From Amoebidium appalachense (Eukaryota > Protista > Ichthyosporea): a stretch of 64,000 nucleotides of DNA. Position numbers and translations under genes: made by a program. The notes under the pieces are model-generated. The model had not been told where the DNA came from and searched no databases. It was given only the letters and a program-made list of their open reading frames with translations. Shown here piece after piece: positions 1 to 13,761 of this stretch. The stretch is from positions 2,356,001 to 2,420,000 of the forward strand of contig CAVNZM010000006.1 in NCBI GenBank assembly GCA_963693365.1. The letters run 5' to 3'. Each line of letters opens with the position of its first letter. Position 1 is the first letter of the stretch.

Positions 1-63
1 CACCCACCCACCCATCGTCTGGGTTCTGCTCACTTTAGATAGACACTTCATACTTCGTTTTTG

Positions 64-998
64 TGTTATAATACGTAGTATTTACATATTGTAAGATCTT
101 CTCAGTTCGTGTTATGTTTTCATTCATTTACTTAATGAAAAAGATGTGCTCCTTGTACGTAAATTATGACATCGATCTCCAGTGTATTTGAGTACTTGTA
201 ATCGTGTTGTGTCGGCTATATTCGTGTGTTTAGATATCGATTACAGCAACTGATTATAGGTACACGAGTCTACCCAGTGAGGGAGACACGTGTACATGTT
301 ATGTGTACATGAATATCTTCGGTTATAACTGTGTTTTGCTGTTCGTGTTTTCTGTCCTGCTTTCTTTTCTTTTTCCTCTTTCTTCGTCTTTTCTTTTCTC
401 TTTCTTTCTTCTCTTGTTTCCTTTCATTTAATTATATTTCTCTCTCACTAATATACGTTGAGTAGATTTATATTACTCGTTATGTTTTGATTGGTAGAAA
501 AACACTTAGGTTACACTTTAGCTTGTCAGGTATGATTCATAGCTTAGTCAACCACTTTTGTTTTGTGTGTTGCCGTACTATATCCAATCAGTGGACTTAG
601 TCAGAAAATGTCTGAGTCTTTGTAGCCGATGATAGGTTAGAAACACCACCTCTTTCCTCGTTACTCTTCACCTCTTTTCTTTCTTATAGCTGTGACCTAT
701 GGTGTGTGTTCCCGCGTCTCCGGATCTATCCGGGAAATAATCAGTTAATTATGATTGGTTATTTTAGACATAGATCTGATTTCCGACTGGTCGGAAATCA
801 TGTATGGATTTAACTTAAGGGAATTTCAGGTATTTATTAGCGATCAAAATAAATTGAGTTCAGTCGTGTCTAAACATTGATGTCTGTTGTGTACACTGCT
901 CCGATCGTTCCGTGTTTTGTTGTTGTGTGTGTCTGTGGTGTTTTCACACTGCACCACTGTGTCTCTGCTTACATCCTAAATACTTATAGAATTTAACA
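64..998. mobile_element. Solo LTR (family D, copy 1)
   Basis: TGTTA...TAACA termini with 5-bp TSD TTTTG at 59-63 and 999-1003. Diverged reverse-complement homolog of 39029-39950. No internal ORF. Confidence 0.9.
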
Positions 999-1235
999 TT
1001 TTGTTTTATTCACGGAAGAGACCCGTACAACTGTGCACGTATGCACTTCAATAAATACACACTAGCACCACTGTATGATACAGATACACCAGCACCACAA
1101 TCCCAAACCCGTGTTAAGAAACACGTATAACACATGTGCCCCTCGTGTTCAACAACACGCTATAGCTGTTAAGTATCAAGAGATTTTTTCGTGACGCTGC
1201 AACCAAAAAGAGAGACAGGATAGACATGCATGCAA

Positions 1236-2190
1236 TCATTCATCATCCTCTACAGCAGCGGCCTCTACAACAATCCCACACATTTTCATATACTCTTTCA
1301 CTTCCTCCAAAGGCATAGTGGGTTTCCGTGCGTCCTCCAGCCACTCACATCGTTCTGGGTGTTGTACTTCTGGCGCTTGCGCTCAATACGGCGGGTCTCC
1401 TCCGCTGACATCTTATTGGCACGGCATCTCATGGTACGCAACGTTTCCCCGATGGAAGATGACAGCTGCTTGTCCGTGATGCTGGCCGCTTCACCAGTCA
1501 AGTGCCCCCGCGCAGAAATGTGGTTGCGCACAGCAGCGACAAACACACCCTTGTCTGCCTTGTCCATCTTGCCCCAGGTGAAGTCGAGAACATTCTGATC
1601 CATGTCCTGAAGATGCGCTCTTACGGCGTTGCTAACGGTGCCCTGAGAAATAGATGCGTTAGCTCTCTGTTTTTAAAAGAGGGAAAGCGCGGAAAAACAG
1701 GCTACTCAAAGACACACCAAAGCTCACCGGTCTCCATCACTATCGAAGGCACGCCAAAGCTTTTACTTATGGCATAGCTACCATTCACAAGGCACCCCAA
1801 ACACGGAGGAGCAGCGACCATAGAGCACAGCAGCAGCAGAACGGCTATTTTTTAACATGTCATAAAAGTAGGAATTTCCATTCAAAAGTGGGGGAGGGGG
1901 GGGGGGGACAGTAACCCCTCTTGTATTTATAGCTCAGAGACTGGTACAATGATAAAAGGACTCATCCAGCCACTCACCGTAGGAAGTTCGATCTTTGTCT
2001 TGCCATTAGCAGGGATCTTTGGTGCTGGAGCTGGAGCTTGCTGCAGCTGAGCTGAGAGAGCAGTCTGAACGGCAGCCTGGACCATCTCGGCAATGCGCTC
2101 TGCCAAGGCGTTGTTCTCCTGCAGTCAACGGGTGTGTCACAATTGGCTTTCTGAATGACGGACCCATTCGCTTCCATCACAACACTTCCT
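1236..2190 (-). pseudogene. Possible decayed multi-exon gene of unknown function
   Basis: Protein-like ORF 1298-1603 (MDQNVLDFTWGK...RRIERKRQKYN) and neighbouring GC-richer segments ending at GTGAG-like donors. The upstream segment has in-frame stops. No family recognised. Confidence 0.25.
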
Positions 2191-2767
2191 CCAAAGTGAA
2201 CAAAACACACCAAAAAATTAAAGGGGGGAAGGGGGGGCAACCGTGTACATGCAAGGGAGATGACTGACAAAACACAAAACGTAAAATCTAGGTAGGGTTT
2301 ACAGCGGCCTATGCAACCGAATGACCGTATCTTTAAGTTTCTGCATACCCTTGGCACGGTGTAAAAAAGAAACCCTCACCTCACGGACGATCTTCTGGAA
2401 CGTGCTCATTTTGATGGTCAACGTCTAGACGGCTGGGAAAAGACACACTAACGCTACACAGGACAGAGGGTAGCTGCAATAAGAAAAGTCGTGGACACCC
2501 TTGTCACACAGTAGCCTTTGTGACCGGGTGGAATAACTACGTCTTGTACGGACCTTTTTATAGTGCAGCCTTCAGCACCGGTAGAGCCTATGGCCAACCG
2601 CAGCTGGTATACGTTGCTCTCCACAAACTAGTATGGCGTGGTGCATGTGTGTTATGTGCGCCATTTTGTTGGTTTGCAAATATGCATGCAGCCTCTAACA
2701 TAAACACTAAAATGTCAACCACATGTGCTAAGAACGCCCGCCAAAACAAACTGACCGTGTGTCGCAA

Positions 2768-3044
2768 AATGTACGTTTCATATGCGCAGCAGATGAAAGA
2801 TGTTTCACGGATCACTTCGGGCGCAGGCAGCCGGGCGGCCCATGACGTCACGGGCCGCGGCGCCAGGCGCAGCCGCAGCGGCGGCTGACATCGGTCTGGC
2901 GCAGCGCCTGACGTCAGGCGCCACCAGCGCCGGTATTTCCGGCGCAGCACACTGCAGATGCAGGCCACCTTCGTTTTCGCCGTGTGCTGCACGTACGGTT
3001 TTTGTTAGCACGATTGCGTTTCGGTGGCTAGCACACGGCGGCTC
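2768..3044 (+). repeat. Ngaro split direct repeat A1
   Basis: 277 bp, identical by eye to 7919-8195. Confidence 0.95.
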
Positions 3045-3048
3045 AAGT

Positions 3049-3121
3049 ATGGAAGTAGACCCAACAGACAATGGCCCTGCAGCACAGGCAGGGCAGGAGG
3101 CGCGCCCTCCTGTGCAGGACG

Positions 3122-3169
<48 letters not shown>

Positions 3170-4232
3170 TTGCCCTGACCCCTGAGCTGGCAGCGACCAT
3201 TCGCATGTTTGCTTCTGAGGTGGCCAACGCGACCCGTCAGGCCCTGCAGGCCAGCCCGGCCCCCCCTTCCCAGCAAGATCTTCTCCTGCGCGCCTTCCCC
3301 CACCTCGTCAACCTTGGCGGGGGCGGAACCGGTAGGAACCCCCCTTGTTACGGGGCCCCCTGCCGCTGCGGCGGGGGCCGTGGATGCTGTAGAGCAACCC
3401 CCCGGCAACGCCCACAAGCGCCCCCGTGAGGAGGACCCTCAGGGCGGCGACATGCACCAGCTGCCTCCGCCGCCCAATGCCCTGCAACTGGCCGTTTGGG
3501 GGGCCAGCCAGCGCAGCCAGTCGAACCCACCCTGCCCCCACCTGTCCCCGGAGGTCCGGGGGGCTGCCATCTTCGAGCCTATGCAGCATTTCGCTTTACT
3601 CGACCTGCTGCCGCCCACGGGCTCTTCTGTCCACACGCAGCACCAGCCGGTTTCCCTGCCTGGCCTGCCTGCTGGCACGGTTGTGCTGCAGACGCCTGGC
3701 ACCCAGCGCCAGCCCGCCCTGTGCCCGGACCTGCAGACCTACCTGCGCTGCATCTTGCAGCTGCTACGCCTACGCATCAACGCCAACGCCCCCGTCACGG
3801 CCCTGCTGGCCCACGCCGAGTTTGTGGCCACTGAGTTGGCACCCGAGTACCAGTGGGCTGCCATCATGCGCTGGGAGGATGCACACCGCCGGTCGTGCGC
3901 TGCCTCTGGCCGCCCACTCGACGCACCCGACGCTGTGCAGCTGGCCGTGTCCCTGTCCGGTGCCCGCCTGCACCAGGCACCCACCGCTCCCCGCACACCC
4001 CGGCAGCCTGCCTCTGGGGGGGGCCACAGCCAGCCCTCGCGCCAGCCCGGCCCCTGCTGCGGATGAGATATGCCGGGGCTTCAACACGGCCAAGGGCTGC
4101 ACCAGGAAGGGACCCAATCCTTGCCGCTACAAGCACGCCTGCCTGAAGTGCGGCTCAGCGGCGCACGGCGCACACGCCTGCCCTCCCAACCCAGCCAACG
4201 GGGCGGGGGAAGGGGGGGCCAACCCGGCTTAG
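3049..4232 (+). CDS. gag: Ngaro gag-like protein (two apparent frameshifts)
   Basis: ATG at 3049 (MEVDPTDNG...polyQ). Continues in ORF 3209-4066 (YQWAAIMRWEDAHRR, typical of DIRS/Ngaro gag). Ends in ORF 3426-4232 with CCCH plus CCHC fingers (ICRGFNTAKGC...CRYKHACLKCGSAAHGAHAC) and TAG at 4230-4232. Confidence 0.8.
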
Positions 4233-5951
4233 GGGGCCCAGCCCCCTTTCGGGCAGGGGCTGACGTCAGCGCTGGGCCTGCCCTCTCCGTTGCCCTGCGG
4301 GGCCCATGGTCACCCCCCCCCAGCGGCACCACCACAGACCGTATCTGTCCCCAACTTCCGCCGTTTGTTTGAGTTGTTTCCGCACCCCGACAGTGCGTTT
4401 CAGCAGGCTCTGCTCCGCGACTTAGAGCTGGGCTTCTCGGTCGGTTACTTCGGCGAGCGGGTCACCCGGGTGGGCCGAAACCACCCGTCCGCGCTGGCGG
4501 CCCGTGAGCAGCTTGCAGCCGACATTGCGAAGGAAGTGGCATGCGGCCACATCCTGGGCCCCTTCACCCGCGACGAGATGGTGGCCCTTTATCCTTATTT
4601 TGTATCCTCGCCCCTCGGGGCAGTTCCCAAAAAGGGCGGCACGGGCGTCCGCCGCATCCGCGACCTTTCCTTCCCGCGTGGCTCCAGTATCAACGATGGG
4701 GTCGATTACCCGGATCAGCTGGAGTACATCACCATCCGCACGGTGATGCAAACAGTAGCTCGGCTCGGCCAGGGCTGCTTCCTCGGGGCATACGACGTGA
4801 AGGGTGCCTTTCGTCACGGCCCGGTGCACCCAGACGACCAGCCACTGCTGTCGTTCCAGCTGCTAGGCGCGTTCTATGTGGAGACCCGCCTACCGTTTGG
4901 CTTGCGGTCCAGCCCAGCGTTCTGGGAACGCATAGCTCAGGCCCTGCAGCACTTCGCCCACGCCCTCAACGCCACAGAGACACAGCATTTTGTGGACGAC
5001 TTCTTTTTCGGCGGCCGTACGCTGCAAGAGTGCGCCTTCAACATGCTGGTGTTTCGGTGGGTGTGCTCGAAGGTGGGTGTTACGCTTGCCGACGACAAAG
5101 TGCAGCTGCCCTCACACACGCTCATCTACTCTGGGCTCGAGTGGGACACTCTGCGCATGGAGGCCCGCTTACCTGCCGTCAAGCTGACCGAGCTCCGGGC
5201 CCTGCTAGCCGATTGGCGGGGTCGCCCCAAGGCCACTGTTCGAGACCTACGGTCCCTGTGCGGCAAGCTCATGTGGTGTGCTCAGGTTGTGGCGCTGGGG
5301 CGTGCCCGTGCCTTTCTTCAACGCTTGCTTCATCTGCTGGCGGAGGCTGAGAGGGCCGGCCTAGGGCCCCACCACCACATCCGTGTCTGCGCCGACGCAC
5401 GAGCCGACGTTGTGCTGTGGTCGGAGTTCCTCCCCGAGTGGAACGGCATACGTGTGCTTACCCCCCCCGTGCATCACATGTGCACCACAGATGCGGCCGG
5501 CAGCATAGGATGTGGTGGCTACTGGGGTCAAGCGTGGTTTCACCTAGCATGGACGGACCATTGGCGCACGGTCATTGCTGGCGGAGATGTGTGGGCTTCC
5601 GTGCTGTTTGAGCTGGCTGGCATTGCCGTGGCCCTGGCCTGTTGGGGTCCCAGCTGTCGCAACAGCCACATACGCGTGCTCACCGATAACGACGGTGCAG
5701 TATCTACGATCGCGTCCCGTCACTCCCCCGTCCCTGCCATTGCCCGGGTGCTGCGTCTCATCACGCTGATGGAAATGCGCTACACGGTGCTGGTCTCGAC
5801 CAAGCACATCCCTGGCGTGGAAAACTCGATTGCGGATGCCATCTCGCGGGCACAGTGGGCCACTTTCGACCGGCTGCACCCGTGGCACGCACCAGTCCCA
5901 ACACCCGTGCCTGAGTGGCTAGCGGGGTGGTTTGCTGCCCCTCTCTCGTGA
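4233..5951 (+). CDS. pol: Ngaro reverse transcriptase-RNase H
   Basis: RT motifs SPLGAVPKK, RRIRDLS, YDVKGAF, LPFGLRSSP, FVDD. RNase H motifs TDAAG, FELAGI, TDN, NSIADAISR. The frame is open from the codon right after the gag TAG. Confidence 0.95.
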   Translation, partial: GAQPPFGQGLTSALGLPSPLPCGAHGHPPPAAPPQTVSVPNFRRLFELFPHPDSAFQQALLRDLELGFSVGYFGERVTRVGRNHPSALAAREQLAADIAKEVACGHILGPFTRDEMVALYPYFVSSPLGAVPKKGGTGVRRIRDLSFPRGSSINDGVDYPDQLEYITIRTVMQTVARLGQGCFLGAYDVKGAFRHGPVHPDDQPLLSFQLLGAFYVETRLPFGLRSSPAFWERIAQALQHFAHALNATETQHFVDDFFFGGRTLQECAFNMLVFRWVCSKVGVTLADDKVQLPSHTLIYSGLEWDTLRMEARLPAVKLTELRALLADWRGRPKATVRDLRSLCGKLMWCAQVVALGRARAFLQRLLHLLAEAERAGLGPHHHIRVCADARADVVLWSEFLPEWNGIRVLTPPVHHMCTTDAAGSIGCGGYWGQAWFHLAWTDHWRTVIAGGDVWASVLFELAGIAVALACWGPSCRNSHIRVLTDNDGAVSTIASRHSPVPAIARVLRLITLMEMRYTVLVSTKHIPGVENSIADAISRAQWATFDRLHPWHAPVPTPVPEWLAGWFAAPLS

Positions 5952-6495
5952 TGGGGCTGGGCCGAGCCCCCTCCCCTGTTCCTTTGCCTTCGTATTGGGC
6001 TTGGCGTGTGGGCTGTGGGGGGCACCGACACCCCCCCTTCCCCCCTTCCCACTTTGTATATCGCACGATTCATGTTCTGCAGTGGCGGCCGGGGCCGCCC
6101 CCCCCCCCACTACACGAAGTCGCTCGGATTCCCTCACTCACCCGGTGGAGTGTTTGGGACAATACATTACGGTCTTACGGTGTACACACGGTGTGCCTCT
6201 TTGTTCTGTGCTGGCCCGCAGTGCCAACTGCTTGTGGCGTGTCCTACCCCCCCCCCCCCCCCCCCTCCTCCTTCCCTCCCCCAACCCCCCCAACCCCACC
6301 CTGCCACCCCTCCACCCGCCCCTTCGATCGTGCATGCTTAACCTCGGTGTTACACACACATGCTCATACACACCCACACACTAGCGCACACACACGCACG
6401 CCTACACCGCGGCTTGTGCGCGCATACCCCCCCCCCCCCCCCCTTCCCCCGCCCTCCCTGCCAGCGCTGCATGCATCCTCTGCCCTTTAGCTACG

Positions 6496-6535
<40 letters not shown>

Positions 6536-6648
6536 TTGTTTGCCTGCCTGTGCACCCGCTTGCCTGCCGCCCACCCCGCTCGTTGCCTTTACCCCCCCCC
6601 CCCCCCTGGGACTCTAGGCATGATGCTCACACAGCTCTGTCCCTGCAG

Positions 6649-7770
6649 GTGGCTTGCTCCCCTTTGGTGGCGACCATGGTAGGCTTGCCCAGTGGTTCAC
6701 CCCCGAGGTTTTGGCCCGTGTCCCGGAGGTGGCCCGCACCATCACTCGGCTGTCAGTGGGTGACAGCACGGAGTCCTCCTACTCGTCCTACCAGCGCCAG
6801 TTTATCGACTTCATCTACGCAATGGACTGCCGCAATCCTGATGGTGGCTACCTGCCAGCCTGCCCAGCCCAAGTGCAGCTAACAGTTCCTTGCCTGGTGC
6901 GCCATGCGTGTGGTGCAAGCCCGGACCATGCCCAGCATCGTCTCCGCCGTCAACAGCCTGCACCGCAGCTTGGGCATGGCACCACCAGCGGGCTCCGGCC
7001 AGCAGAGCCTTCAGTGGTTTATCCGCGGGGCTGGCCGCTTCCTGCTGCTGGAAGGCAGCCACCGGCCCAAACGAGTGCTCGAGCCCCTCCTCCCAGCCGA
7101 CCTCCGCGCCCTCCTCCCAGTCATCCAACCGGGCTCTTCATTGGAGGCCCTGCGTCTGTGGGCTGCCCTGCTGCTTGGCAGCTCGTGCCTCCTGCGCTCG
7201 GGCGAGTTCACGTCCAAATCTGCGGCCAAGTTCAACCCCCTCCTTCACGCCAAGCGTCGCGACGTCCAGCTCCTATGGCAGGATGGCCGCCTGATTGGGG
7301 CAACAGTCTTCCTGCCGACGTCTAAGACCGACCCCACGGGCAAGGGTGTTACCATCCGGGTGCCCGCCTTCCCGGAGGAGCCTTCCTTCTGCCCAGCAGC
7401 CAATCTAGCCCTCTTCCTGGGGGTCTCGTCAACCAGGGCAGGCATCCACCCAGATGCACCCCTGTTCAGCGTCGACGGCAGCCCTTACCTCAAGAGCACC
7501 TTCATCGCCGGTTTCCGCACAGCTCTACACCATGCGGGCTACGACCCCGACCGGTACGCCGGCCACAGCCTGCGCATAGGGGGGGCCACTGCAGCTGAGA
7601 GAGCGGGCCTACCTGACGCCACCATCAAAGCCCTTGGCCGCTGGGCATCAGACGCATTCATGGTCTACATCCGGCTGCCCCACCGCGACGTGCAAGCCTC
7701 CATTGCCACCGTCTGGTCACACCAGGGCCTCGCCACGGGACCTTGGGGCGGACCCCCTACATCGCAGTAG
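6649..7770 (+). CDS. Tyrosine recombinase (one frameshift near 6880)
   Basis: Catalytic motifs LRSGE, SKTD, GHSLRIGGA, GRW, VYIR in ORF 6904-7770. The N-terminal helical region (SVGDSTESSYSSYQRQFIDF) is in ORF 6654-7325. Confidence 0.93.
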
Positions 7771-7780
7771 GGGGGCCTTG

Positions 7781-8426
7781 TGGTGCGGGGGGGGGCTCAT
7801 GGCATGGACCGTGACCCCCCCTGGCGGCCCCCGCCTCGGCCAGCCCCTTGGGTGCAGGCACGACGGCCTGCACTCCACGGACACGGGGGGCATGAGGCAA
7901 GCACGAGTGAGTGATGTGAATGTACGTTTCATATGCGCAGCAGATGAAAGATGTTTCACGGATCACTTCGGGCGCAGGCAGCCGGGCGGCCCATGACGTC
8001 ACGGGCCGCGGCGCCAGGCGCAGCCGCAGCGGCGGCTGACATCGGTCTGGCGCAGCGCCTGACGTCAGGCGCCACCAGCGCCGGTATTTCCGGCGCAGCA
8101 CACTGCAGATGCAGGCCACCTTCGTTTTCGCCGTGTGCTGCACGTACGGTTTTTGTTAGCACGATTGCGTTTCGGTGGCTAGCACACGGCGGCTCCCACC
8201 CACCTCTAAGTCTGTATACATGACGGTGTACGTATGCGACTGTGACTGGCTCACAGCGCGATTGCAGCGGCAATAAAGCATGTCGAGGCGGGGCCCAGCC
8301 CCGGCTGGTGCGGGGGGGCTCATGGCATGGACCCCCCCTGGCGGCCCCCGCCTCGGCCAGCCCCTTGGGTGCAGGCACGACGGCCTGCACTCCGGGCATG
8401 AGGCAAGCACGAGTGAGTGATGTGAA
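7781..8426 (+). repeat. Ngaro 3' repeats B1 (7781-7920), A2 (7919-8195), B2 (8306-8426)
   Basis: Direct comparison of copies. B1 carries two short extra stretches relative to B2. Confidence 0.92.
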
Positions 8427-9299
8427 ACAACGGACTTTTCTCAAACAGGCGCGAACAAACGGCCTGGGGCTCTTTACGCAAGCTTGAAATTACCATGGGA
8501 TGTAAAAATTATAGCCGGCTGCAGATCGCAACCGGCTACAGATTTACCTATAACATCTAAATTATTCAACTGAAATCTCACAAAACCGTTAGAGTATTTT
8601 TTAATTATATCCGTTATTTATATATATTCCAACTTGTAGTGCGGTTAACAATACAAGACAGGGTTTATGCGGAGGGGGGCTTTGCGGATGGTACTGGTCG
8701 TTGCTTTCACACAGGCCACAAACGTCAGCCAATCAAAGGAGTCGGGCACTGGCTGCTAGCTTGTGATTGGTCCTCCTGGCGGTGCTTTCGAAGCTGTAAT
8801 GTTATTGGCTTTTTTGCAATTTTTTTTTATGGGTGATGATCTTTAGGGGCCTGGAGCTTCTTCTCTCTCTTTCTCTTTTTGGGGTATGTTTTACTATTTT
8901 GTACGGGCCGTAATTACATCTAAATAGAAGAACAGCAAGGCTGTACCATTGATTTCACGGTTTCTGACATCATGCGCATGCGCGCGTGATCATGATCATG
9001 ATCGGGATGCGTGATTATGTCTTAGGCAGCTGGCTGTGGCAAATGGTTTGTTCTTCAAAAAATAATTTCTATATAATAATTAATAGCATAATTTTTATTG
9101 TAAATAGCAATGCTGTTTGCTCTAACAGTATTTACTCATGAGCTTTGCTTTCCACCTAAACTCATTGCTCATCGACCCCTAGACTAACGCGAAAGCAATT
9201 ACGTAATCGAACGTTCAAGAGAACTCTTCGTCGATGGTGCTGGAGCCGCGCTGTTCCTACCTCAGTACCAGGTCCATAGCTGTATAATTCACAGCGAGA

Positions 9300-9474
9300 A
9301 TGAAGCGGTTACAAGACGAACAAGGTTCTGGCCCACCAAAAGGCCCCAGAATGGAGCGTTCTCCATGTTATTGCCCGTTATGCGAAGGGAAATTTGTGGC
9401 TCGGTCGACCCGAAAACTGCACAACCAGAGACACACATGGCTGGCGCCTGCTGGGCAGCCGACAGAGCAGGAAG
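9300..9474 (+). CDS. Possible first exon of a CACTA/EnSpm-like transposon protein
   Basis: ATG...CYCPLCEGKFVARSTRKLH (CxCxxC...STR..H), then AAG|GTGTGT donor. No downstream exons identified. Confidence 0.3.
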
Positions 9475-9639
9475 GTGTGTATCCAGCACTTTTTCTTTTT
9501 CTGCTTAAGGAAGTTTCAGATGGATATGCTCACACGTGCTCGCGTAACATAGTATTAAATAAGGTTTGGGTTCCTGCAGGATTAAAACACATCGCAGCTC
9601 ATGCTGATATTCATGCAGACGCACAGGCCATACACTTGC

Positions 9640-12850
<3,211 letters not shown>

Positions 12851-13629
12851 AAACACTGGCGCCCGGCTATGCACACAATCACGTACCATTAGCACATTTT
12901 CTGGCAGGGAAGGGTTGTTTGTGGTGGGACCAGTGTCCTAATTGTCATTTTGAACTCTGTGCTTGGGTAGACCAAATATTTCTTTAGTTTCAAGTTTCTT
13001 TTGAATCTTTTTTTAGAACCCCCATTGCGTACGTAGCACGCGGGCGGAGGGGGGAGTTCCTATTGGGGGGGGGGGGGGGGGGTTGGGCATCATGTTTCCT
13101 AGCGGAGGATTTGGGAGGGGAAGGACAGGGTGTGTGTGTGGGGGGGGGTTAAAATGTAGAGGAATTCACAGGGATGTTTTGCCAAAAAATACACTATAGC
13201 TGCCGGAGGTAGATCTTATTTGAGTTCTCAGTGTGGGCCTGGGTCACACTCGGCTATTAATAGCTCTTGATTCCAATTATGTCTGATTAATTAGCAAAAG
13301 ACATTGCTGTTAGCCGTGCTTTGTTGCTGCCGGCAGATGTGCTTTTCAGCACAAGTTTTATACTATTTCAATAAATTATGGCCGCAAATGCAAAGTCATT
13401 ATGACCTCGGCCATTGAACATGTGCACATTTGGTTCACAAACGCCACTTCATGACACATGAAAAATGTTAGAAAGTCAGTCATCGACAAAACATATACAG
13501 GTCTAGGGGACCGGGGATATTGATAATTATAATTATTGCAGGAAATGATACAAATCGATCATAAAGCAAGTGCTATTATTTTGCCTGTAAAAATTGTGTG
13601 TGGGAGTGTGGGTGCACGGGTGGGTGGGC

Positions 13630-13761
<132 letters not shown>

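Larger units (their letters stand above)
2768..8426 (+). mobile_element. Ngaro-type tyrosine recombinase retrotransposon with split direct repeats (A1-ORFs-B1-A2-B2)
   Basis: A1 2768-3044 matches A2 7919-8195; B1 7781-7920 resembles B2 8306-8426. Carries gag-like, RT/RNaseH and YR ORFs. The B1/A2 junction GATGTG-AA-TGTACG reproduces the joined element ends; only AA is shared with the flanks, with no classical TSD. Confidence 0.95.
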
